12,758 nt of DNA. Source: Candidatus Methylomirabilia bacterium. GTDB lineage: Bacteria > Methylomirabilota > Methylomirabilia > Rokubacteriales > CSP1-6. The stretch spans positions 1 to 12,758 of the forward strand of contig JBGQHJ010000138.1 in assembly GCA_041497895.1 (NCBI GenBank), read 5' to 3'. The translations under genes and the position numbers were made by a program. Below, piece by piece: positions 6,731 to 12,758 of the stretch. The notes under the pieces are model-generated. The model saw only the letters and a list, made by a program, of their open reading frames with translations. It did not search any database and was not told the origin of the DNA. The first letter of the stretch is position 1, and each line of letters starts with the position of its first letter.

Positions 6731-7972
6731 TCAGAGCGCCGCCTCGAGCGCGGTGAGGGCCAGCACGCGTGTGCACAGGAAGAGGTCCGCCAGATCCACG
6801 TGCACGTCATGGTAGTCGGTGTAGCCGCCGCCCGGGCCGTAGATGCAGCAGGGGATACCGGCGGCCCAGAGATGCGTGGTGTCGTTGCCCGCGTAGCTCT
6901 GGGGCAGCCGCACCCCGAAGTGCTCGGGCTCGGCCCCGGTCATGCGGCGGAGGTTGCGCCGCACCATCTGCACGACCGGCTCGCTCTTGGGCACGTCCAC
7001 CGCGGCCTTGGCGAGTCGGCCGAGCCCGCGCGCGAGCGCGGGCGGGAACTCGATCTCGTAGCGGAAGCGCGGGTCGTCGGCGGCGAGCGCGTCGAGAGCA
7101 CGGCGGATGTCGGCCACCACCGTCTGGCCGGTCTGGCTCGCGTTGAAGCGCACGTTCACGTAGGCGGTGCAGAAGTCGCTCACCGTGTAGGCGCCGCGCA
7201 GGTCGTGCTCGCGGCCGCGCCCGCCGATGATCGAGCCCACGTTCAGGCGCGGCAGCCCGGGCAGATCCGGGTCGTGGACGTGGGTGAAGCGCATCGCCTC
7301 GAGGGCGGCGATGGTCCGCGTCATCAGGGCGATCGCGTCCACCCCCTGCTCCTTCTTGCTGATGTGGGTGGCCCGGCCGAGGGTGTGGATCACCACGTCC
7401 ATGGTGCCGGTGTGCTTGGTCAGGATGGTGCGGGCCCCGTAGGGCTCGGCCACCACCGCCATGTCGGTCCGCTGGCCGTGCTCGAGCGCGTGGATCGTGC
7501 CGATGCCGCTGTTCAGCTCGGCGGCCACGCAGGCCAGCACCACGTCGCCGCGGAGCGGCACCCCCGCGCGCCGGAGCGCGAGGGTCGCCATGATGCACGC
7601 GGTGACGCCCGCCTTCATGTTGAAGATACCGTGGCCGAAGAGCTTGCCGTCGGCGATCCAGGGTGTGAAGGGATCGCGCGTCCAGCCGGAGGCGAGCGGG
7701 TCGATATCGATGTGGCCGTTCAGCATGATGGAGCGGCCGCCGCCCGTGCCGGGCAGCCGCGCGATGGTCTGCTTGCGCCCGGGCTCGATCTCCTGCAGCG
7801 TCACCGCGAGGCCTTGCCCGCCCAGGTAGTCGGCGAGCCACTCCGCGCAGGCCGTCTCCTCGGTGGTGAACGACGGGATGCGGATCAGGTCGGACGCGAG
7901 CCGCACGACCTCCGCGTCGTCGATCCGGTCGAGGATCCGGCTCTGCAGCTCGGGCGGCACGGTGTCGGGCAT
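6731..7972 (-). CDS. M20 family ArgE/DapE-like deacylase with atypical metal ligands, about 413 aa
   Basis: LIRIPSF, MLNGHIDID, DPF...DGKLFGHGIFNMKAG, VVAEP, GRATH...GVDAI, LNVGSIIGG, GIPCCIYGPG. Start ATG 7972 (MPDTVPP) lies downstream of a TACAAT -10. Confidence 0.88.
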   Translation of the reverse strand: MPDTVPPELQSRILDRIDDAEVVRLASDLIRIPSFTTEETACAEWLADYLGGQGLAVTLQEIEPGRKQTIARLPGTGGGRSIMLNGHIDIDPLASGWTRDPFTPWIADGKLFGHGIFNMKAGVTACIMATLALRRAGVPLRGDVVLACVAAELNSGIGTIHALEHGQRTDMAVVAEPYGARTILTKHTGTMDVVIHTLGRATHISKKEQGVDAIALMTRTIAALEAMRFTHVHDPDLPGLPRLNVGSIIGGRGREHDLRGAYTVSDFCTAYVNVRFNASQTGQTVVADIRRALDALAADDPRFRYEIEFPPALARGLGRLAKAAVDVPKSEPVVQMVRRNLRRMTGAEPEHFGVRLPQSYAGNDTTHLWAAGIPCCIYGPGGGYTDYHDVHVDLADLFLCTRVLALTALEAAL

Positions 7973-7980
7973 GGGCAGAC

Positions 7981-7986
7981 ATTGTA
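7981..7986 (-). promoter_or_regulatory. -10 element (TACAAT) 8 nt upstream of ATG 7972; probably a (near-)leaderless transcript
   Basis: ATTGTA on + at 7981-7986 is TACAAT on -. No SD between it and the ATG. Confidence 0.5.
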
Positions 7987-8045
7987 CAGTTGACACCGGC
8001 CCGCCGTCCGGGTGCAGACGTTCCCGTCACCGGGGCCCCGGACGC

Positions 8046-8071
8046 TGATAGACTCGCGGCCGGATCGAGGA
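8046..8071 (+). promoter_or_regulatory. Extended -10 (TGaTAGACT) and SD (GAGGA) upstream of the substrate-binding-protein remnant
   Basis: TGATAGACT at 8046-8054. GAGGA at 8067-8071, 7 nt before TTG 8079. Confidence 0.4.
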
Positions 8072-8078
8072 AGACGAC

Positions 8079-8311
8079 TTGGACTCCATCCGCGCGCCCG
8101 AAATGCTCCGCCGCACCTTCGTCGGTATCGTGGCCGGCGGCCTGCTCCCCCGACCGCTCGCCGTCGCCGCGCAGCAGGGTCGGGTCCCCCGGATCGGGAT
8201 CCTTCGCTCCGGATCGCCGCCCGATCCCTACGTCGAGGCGTTCCGGCAAGGGCTTCGGGAGCTGCAATCCCGCCGGCGCTTCTGCAACGCGCGGATCTGG
8301 TGATCGAGTGA
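8079..8311 (+). pseudogene. Internally deleted ABC transporter substrate-binding protein gene (PF04392 ABC_sub_bind-like): N-terminus and extreme C-terminus joined out of frame
   Basis: One frame gives MLRRTFVGIVAGGLLPRPLAVAAQQGRVPRIGILRSGSPPDPYVEAFRQGLREL (8103-8264), the typical family N-terminus. A second frame from 8267 gives IPPALLQRADLVIE* (TGA 8309-8311), the typical family C-terminus. Confidence 0.85.
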
Positions 8312-8372
8312 GGAGGCGTGCAACGTACGGAGAGCCCGGGTCGCGGGACGCTGTTTCTGCGGGCGTGGCGCC

Positions 8373-8426
8373 TACGATGTTGACAGCTTCGCGCGCGGCG
8401 GGGTAAGACCGGAGCGCGCCGGGAGG
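8373..8426 (+). promoter_or_regulatory. Promoter-like hexamers and SD for the amidohydrolase-MFS unit
   Basis: TACGAT (8373-8378), TTGACA (8380-8385) followed 18 nt later by TAAGAC (8404-8409), and GGGAGG SD at 8421-8426. Confidence 0.4.
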
Positions 8427-8436
8427 GCGCGAGCCC

Positions 8437-9678
8437 ATGTCCACGGATTCGTTCGGCATCGATGCGCCCCGCTTCTGGTCCACCGTGATGCGCTCCGGCG
8501 AGATCGGTCCCGGCAAGGCGGGCGGCCTCCGCCGCCTGGCGCTCACCGACGCGGACAAGGAGATGCGCGATCTCTTCATCACCTGGTGCACCGAGGCCGG
8601 CTGCACGGTGGCGATCGACCGCGTCGGCAACATCTTCGCGCGACGCCCCGGCGTCGACGACCGCCTGCCTCCGGTGCTGATGGGGAGCCACCTCGACACC
8701 CAGTTCGCGGGCGGCAAGTACGACGGCATCGTGGGGGTGCTCGCCGGGCTCGAGGTGCTCCGTACCCTCGACGACCGTCGCGTGCGGACCAAGCGGCCGC
8801 TCGAGCTCGTGTGCTGGACCAACGAGGAGGGCGCCCGGTTCACGCCCCCGATGGTCGCCTCGGGCGCCTTCGCGGGCGTCTTCGACGTGGACTGGGTGCT
8901 CGACCTGCGCGACGACGACGGCAAGCGGTTCGGGACCGAGCTCGAGCGCATCGGCTACCAGGGCAAGGCGGCGGTGGGCGGGCGATCCATCGACGCCTAC
9001 TTCGAGCTTCACATCGAGCAGGGGCCGATCCTCGACCGCGAGGCGGTGCCGGTCGGCATCGTGGTGGGCGGCTACGCGGCGCGGGGCATGCACGTCGACG
9101 TGCACGGCGAGACCGCGCACTCGGGCCCGACGCCGATGGACCGCCGGCGCAACGCGCTGGTGGGTGCCGCGATGCTGGCGGTGGCGGTCAACGAGGTGGG
9201 CTGGAAGTACCACGCCACCGAGGGCAAGGCCACGGTGGCGCGCCTGGTGGCGTGGCCCAACAAGGCGGGCATCCTCGCCGAGTACGCCCAGCTCACCTGC
9301 GATGTGCGCCACGCGGACCGGGCGGTGGCCGACCGGATGTGGGCCGAGGTCAAGGCCGCGATGCCCGACTGCGCCCGCCGGGCCAACGTGGAGATGCGGA
9401 TCGCGGGGGAGTGGCAGTTCGGCAGCGAGCGCTTCGATCCGGGCTGCATCCGCCTGATCCGGGAGGCGGCCCAGGAGCTCGGCGTGGCCCACCGGGACAT
9501 CCTGAGCCAGGCCGGCCACGACGCCTACTACGTCTCGCGGGTCGCGCCGACCGCCATGATCTTCACCCCGTGCCGCGACGGCGTCTCCCACAACGAGGCC
9601 GAGCACGCCGAGCTCGACTACACCTCGCCGGGGGTGAACGTGCTCCTCCACGCGGTGCTGGCCCGCGCCAACCGCTAG
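8437..9678 (+). CDS. Zn-dependent N-carbamoyl-L-amino-acid amidohydrolase / beta-ureidopropionase (M20, AmaB/PydC/AllC-like), 413 aa
   Basis: GSHLDTQ, GGKYDG, WTNEEGARF, ELHIEQGP, HSGPTPM, AGHDA, SHNEAE; all canonical metal ligands present. Confidence 0.93.
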   Translation: MSTDSFGIDAPRFWSTVMRSGEIGPGKAGGLRRLALTDADKEMRDLFITWCTEAGCTVAIDRVGNIFARRPGVDDRLPPVLMGSHLDTQFAGGKYDGIVGVLAGLEVLRTLDDRRVRTKRPLELVCWTNEEGARFTPPMVASGAFAGVFDVDWVLDLRDDDGKRFGTELERIGYQGKAAVGGRSIDAYFELHIEQGPILDREAVPVGIVVGGYAARGMHVDVHGETAHSGPTPMDRRRNALVGAAMLAVAVNEVGWKYHATEGKATVARLVAWPNKAGILAEYAQLTCDVRHADRAVADRMWAEVKAAMPDCARRANVEMRIAGEWQFGSERFDPGCIRLIREAAQELGVAHRDILSQAGHDAYYVSRVAPTAMIFTPCRDGVSHNEAEHAELDYTSPGVNVLLHAVLARANR

Positions 9679-9689
9679 GTCAGGACCCG

Positions 9690-10904
9690 ATTCCCGAGGC
9701 GTCGCTCCTCCGCCACCCGCCGTTCGCGCTGCTGCTGTCCTCGCGCATCCTCGCCAACGTCGGGTTCGCCATGCTGGGCGTCGCGGTGGGCTGGGAGCTC
9801 TACACGCTCACCGGCAGCGCGCTCGACCTGGGCCTGGTCGGCCTCGCCCAGTTCGTGCCCATGGTCGTGCTCACCCTGGTGGTCGGGCAGGTGGCCGACC
9901 GGTGCGATCGCCGCCTGATCGCGACGCTGTGCGAGGTGGTGAAGGCCGCCGCGGCCGCGACCCTGGCCCTGGGCGCGATCGGCGGCTGGCAGAGCAAGGC
10001 GAGCATCCTCGGCCTGGTCGCGCTGCTCGGCGCGGCGCAGGCCTTCGAGAACCCGGCGATGACCGCGCTGGTGCCCGACGTGGTGCCGCGGCCGCTCATC
10101 GCGCGGGCCATGGCCTGGGTCATCTCCGCGGGGCAGACCGCCCAGATCGTGGGGCCCGCCCTCGGCGGGTTCCTCTACGTGGTGGGGCCGGGCCCGACCT
10201 ACTTCACCGCGGCGGGCCTCTTCGTCACCGCGGGAGCGCTCGCGTCCCTGGTCCGGGCCGCACGCACCTCGCGCGCGCGCGCGCCGCTCACCCTCGAGAC
10301 CGTCTTCTCGGGCGTCGCGTTCATCCGGGGCCGGCGCGTCCTGCTGGCCTCGATGTCGCTCGATCTCTTCGCGGTCCTGCTGGGTGGTGCGACCGCGCTG
10401 CTGCCGGTCTATGCCCGCGACATCCTCGGCACCGGCCCGGTCGGGCTCGGCCTGCTGCGCTCGGCGCCCGCGGCGGGCGCGCTCGCCACGTCCGTCCTGC
10501 TGGCCCAGCGCCCGCTCGGCTGGGGCATTGGCCGCACCCTGTTCCGCTCGGTCCTCGTGTTCGGCGTGGCCACCGTGGTCTTCGGGGTCTCCCGGAGCTT
10601 CACGCTCTCGCTCGTCGCCCTCACCGTGCTCGGCGCGGCCGACGTGGTGAGCATGGTGATCCGCTCCTCGCTCGTGCAGATCCGCACCCCGCCCGAGATG
10701 CGCGGCCGGGTGAGCGCGGTCCACTCGCTGTTCACCGGCACGTCGAACCAGCTCGGGGCCTTCGAGTCGGGGCTGGTGGCCGCGCTCGTCGGCACGGTGC
10801 CCTCGGTGCTGGTGGGCGGCCTCGGCACGATCGCGGTCGCCGTCCTGTGGATGCTGCTCTTCCCCGAGCTTCGCCGGCTGCGCGGCTTCGAGGAGGACGC
10901 CTAG
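9690..10904 (+). CDS. MFS transporter (MFS_3/DHA3, EntS/MefA-like efflux type), about 404 aa; start uncertain
   Basis: About 12 hydrophobic segments; AVGWELYTLTGSALDLGLVGLAQFVP, GQVADRCDRR (motif A), LDLFAVLLGGATALLPVYARDIL, TPPEMRGRV. Family-like sequence begins near 9705, upstream of the first ATG (9771). ATT 9690 is proposed as the start. Confidence 0.85.
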   Translation: MPEASLLRHPPFALLLSSRILANVGFAMLGVAVGWELYTLTGSALDLGLVGLAQFVPMVVLTLVVGQVADRCDRRLIATLCEVVKAAAAATLALGAIGGWQSKASILGLVALLGAAQAFENPAMTALVPDVVPRPLIARAMAWVISAGQTAQIVGPALGGFLYVVGPGPTYFTAAGLFVTAGALASLVRAARTSRARAPLTLETVFSGVAFIRGRRVLLASMSLDLFAVLLGGATALLPVYARDILGTGPVGLGLLRSAPAAGALATSVLLAQRPLGWGIGRTLFRSVLVFGVATVVFGVSRSFTLSLVALTVLGAADVVSMVIRSSLVQIRTPPEMRGRVSAVHSLFTGTSNQLGAFESGLVAALVGTVPSVLVGGLGTIAVAVLWMLLFPELRRLRGFEEDA

Positions 10905-10937
10905 GAATTCACGGATCCGTCAAACACGACCGCGGTG

Positions 10938-10970
10938 TATAGTCCCGCCAAGTCACGGCTGGGAGAGGAG
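10938..10970 (+). promoter_or_regulatory. -10 (TATAGT) and SD (GAGGAG) for the cupin gene
   Basis: TATAGT at 10938-10943. GAGGAG at 10965-10970, 6 nt before ATG 10977. Confidence 0.5.
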
Positions 10971-10976
10971 ACGCCA

Positions 10977-11627
10977 ATGATCAAGCCGATCCGACGGGTG
11001 GTGACGGGGCACGACGCGCGGGGCCGGTCGATCTTCGTGAGCGACGGACCTTCGCCGCACGTGCTCACGATCCCGGGGCGCCCCGACTTCGCGCTCACGA
11101 ACCTCTGGGTCACCGATCGCGCGCCCGCCTCGAACGCGGGCAACGCCGACGCGGCCAAGCGGCGGGTCGTGCTCGAGCCCCCGCCGAAGGGCGCCATTTT
11201 CCGAACAGTCGAGTTCCCGCCCGACCGGGTTCCGGGCGGTTTCGACCGCAAGGCCGCCTTCGCGGCGATGGGCGCGCACCACGCCATGGACCCCGACGCC
11301 TCCCGCCACCCCGGCATGCACAAGACGGACACGGTGGACTTCGCGCTCGTGCTCGCGGGAGAGATCTGGGCGCTGATGGACGAGGGGGAGACCCTGCTGC
11401 GGACGGGCGACACGCTCGTGCAGCGCGGGACCAACCACGCGTGGAGCAACCGGAGCGATCAGCCCTGCCTGGTCGCCTTCATCCTGGTGAGCGCGGCGCC
11501 CCTCGGCGGCAAGGCGGCCGCGAGGCCGGTCAAGCGGGCAGCCGCCCGCGCCGGGCGAGGCTCGCCATCAAGGCGCCCGTCCCGAAGGACCACGCCTCGG
11601 CCACGTCGCAAGCCACGACCTCGTTGA
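10977..11627 (+). CDS. Cupin domain protein with a basic low-complexity C-terminal tail, 216 aa
   Basis: IRRVVTGHD..GRS N-terminus; cupin motifs MHKTDTVDFALVLAGEI and GDTLVQRGTNHAWSNRS. Strong SD before ATG 10977. Confidence 0.88.
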   Translation: MIKPIRRVVTGHDARGRSIFVSDGPSPHVLTIPGRPDFALTNLWVTDRAPASNAGNADAAKRRVVLEPPPKGAIFRTVEFPPDRVPGGFDRKAAFAAMGAHHAMDPDASRHPGMHKTDTVDFALVLAGEIWALMDEGETLLRTGDTLVQRGTNHAWSNRSDQPCLVAFILVSAAPLGGKAAARPVKRAAARAGRGSPSRRPSRRTTPRPRRKPRPR

Positions 11628-12720
11628 CGAGGCGCCCGATCTCGGGCGAGGCGATCGATACCACGTCGCCCCACTTGTGGGTGAAGCCGCTGCCCGGCGC
11701 GCCGCGGTCGGCCACCGGGGCGAACATGGTGCCGATGAAGAGCACGAGCCCGTCCGGGTAGCGGTGGTATTTCCCGATGGCCTGGCCGGCGAGCTCGGCC
11801 AGGTCGCGGCTGATCTCGCCGACCTGGGTCTGGTGCGAGATCCGGAAGCCGTCGGCGCCCTCGACCACCGTCTCGAAGCTGACACGCCGGACGTGGTCGA
11901 GGGTGAAGCGCTCGTCGAGCATCCGGAAGAAGGGCCCCATCGCGCAGGAGGCGTTGTTGTCCTTGGCGCGGCCGAGCAGGAGCGCGCTGCGCCCCTCCAC
12001 GTCGCGCAGGTTCACGTCGTTGCCGAGGGTGACCGCGACGATCGCGCCGTCGCGGTTGATCACCAGCACCAGCTCCGGCTCGGGATTGCTCCACACCGAG
12101 GCGGGGTGCACGCCGACCCGCGCCCCGGTTCCGACCGCGGCCATGGGCGGGCACTTGCTGAAGAGCTCGGCGTCGGGCCCGATGCCGACCTCGAGGTACT
12201 GCGACCACATGCCCTTGGCCACCAGCACCTCCTTCACCCGCGCCGCCTCCGGCGAGCCGGGCTTGATGCCGCGCAGGTCGGGCCCCACGATCGCCTGGAT
12301 CTCGCGGCGCGCCCCGTCGGCCAGCGCGGGATTGCCCTTCGCGCGCTCCTCGATCACCCGCTCGAGCAGGCTCGCCACGAAGGTGACGCCGCTCGCCTTG
12401 ACCGCGTGCAGGTCGGCGGGTGCGAGCAGCCACGGCCGCCCGGCGTCGCGCGCACCCTCGACGCTGTTGGCCGCGAGGGCCTCGAGCGGGCCCAGCGACG
12501 GCGCCGCCTTGATCGCGGCGCGGACCTGGGCCGGGGCGGCGGTGTTGAGCAGGCCGCTCGTGGTGGGATACGACCGGGTGAGGTCGACCACCTCGTCGCC
12601 GCGCACCGCGATGACCGCCGGCCCGTCTTCCGCCGGCACCCAGGCGCGCCCGATCAGCAGGGCGTCGGCGGCGTCGCGCGGACGGCAGTCGCGGGCGGAG
12701 AGCCGCGGGGCCGGGCTCAT
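11530..12720 (-). CDS. xylX: Fumarylacetoacetate hydrolase family protein, XylX/KdxD-like 2-keto-3-deoxy-sugar-acid dehydratase, 396 aa
   Basis: KASGVTF..SLLERVIEERA, WSQYLEVGIGPDAELFSK, NPEPE, LGNDVNLRDVEGRSALLLGRAKDNNASC, YPDG...GTMFAP, GFTHK.GD. These closely resemble Caulobacter XylX as recalled. Confidence 0.88.
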   Translation of the reverse strand: MSPAPRLSARDCRPRDAADALLIGRAWVPAEDGPAVIAVRGDEVVDLTRSYPTTSGLLNTAAPAQVRAAIKAAPSLGPLEALAANSVEGARDAGRPWLLAPADLHAVKASGVTFVASLLERVIEERAKGNPALADGARREIQAIVGPDLRGIKPGSPEAARVKEVLVAKGMWSQYLEVGIGPDAELFSKCPPMAAVGTGARVGVHPASVWSNPEPELVLVINRDGAIVAVTLGNDVNLRDVEGRSALLLGRAKDNNASCAMGPFFRMLDERFTLDHVRRVSFETVVEGADGFRISHQTQVGEISRDLAELAGQAIGKYHRYPDGLVLFIGTMFAPVADRGAPGSGFTHKWGDVVSIASPEIGRLVNEVVACDVAEAWSFGTGALMASLARRGRLPA

Positions 12721-12758
12721 CGAAGCGCCGCGTACACGGCGTCGACCAGGCTCGCCAC
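12717..12758 (-). CDS. 3' end of an upstream gene translationally coupled to the FAH-family gene
   Basis: Open minus frame ...VASLVDAVYAALR* whose TGA (12719-12717) overlaps the FAH ATG (ATGA overlap). Confidence 0.55.
   Translation of the reverse strand: MASLVDAVYAALR

Noticed and set aside
7990..7995. TTGACA on + upstream of the substrate-binding remnant
   Set aside because: No plausible -10 at 16-18 nt spacing.
8311..8383. AGGAGG followed by a 21-codon GTG ORF after the substrate-binding remnant
   Set aside because: SD-to-start spacing is only 1 nt and the peptide has no features.
6807..8951. 714-aa minus ORF and other long alternative-frame ORFs (710-1624, 1397-2614, 1399-2784, 2980-4200, 3218-5005, 5503-6810, 6800-7993, 7885-9651, 9675-10724)
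   Set aside because: They overlap well-supported genes, have low-complexity R/G/A/P or antisense-type composition and no motifs. This is expected from stop-codon scarcity at high GC.
8586..10904. 772-aa ORF suggesting a large N-terminal domain fused to the MFS
   Set aside because: The first ~365 aa are an Arg/Gly/Pro-rich off-frame shadow of the amidohydrolase gene. Only the part from ~9690 is protein-like.
1..12758. CRISPR array, tRNA/rRNA, integrase/transposase or recognisable anti-phage system
   Set aside because: No spaced direct repeats, RNA gene signatures or such protein motifs were seen. The HD protein lacks Cas3/helicase context and the lipase has no defence-type partners.

Overview
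A very GC-rich bacterial window of mostly metabolic genes. The gene mix, including a PF04392-type ABC substrate-binding remnant, is reminiscent of Rokubacteria/Methylomirabilota or soil Proteobacteria (inference only). In order: partial LprI/DUF1311-like secreted protein, secreted coiled-coil protein, HD-domain protein with PhnZ-like ligand spacing, class 3 lipase, stand-alone PilZ protein behind a near-consensus sigma54 promoter, HpaB-family flavin monooxygenase divergent from a flavin reductase, a BoxC/REP-like palindrome, a threonine-synthase-like PLP enzyme with an ArgE/DapE-like M20 protein, an internally deleted ABC substrate-binding gene that keeps both ends, an N-carbamoyl-amino-acid amidohydrolase, an MFS transporter lacking a canonical start, a cupin, and an XylX-like FAH-family dehydratase. 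I found no rRNA, tRNA, CRISPR array or transposase. The best leads are the 'both-ends-only' substrate-binding remnant, several enzymes with altered active-site residues (M20, HpaB, HD), the sigma54-PilZ module next to the lipase, and apparent leaderless or non-AUG initiation.
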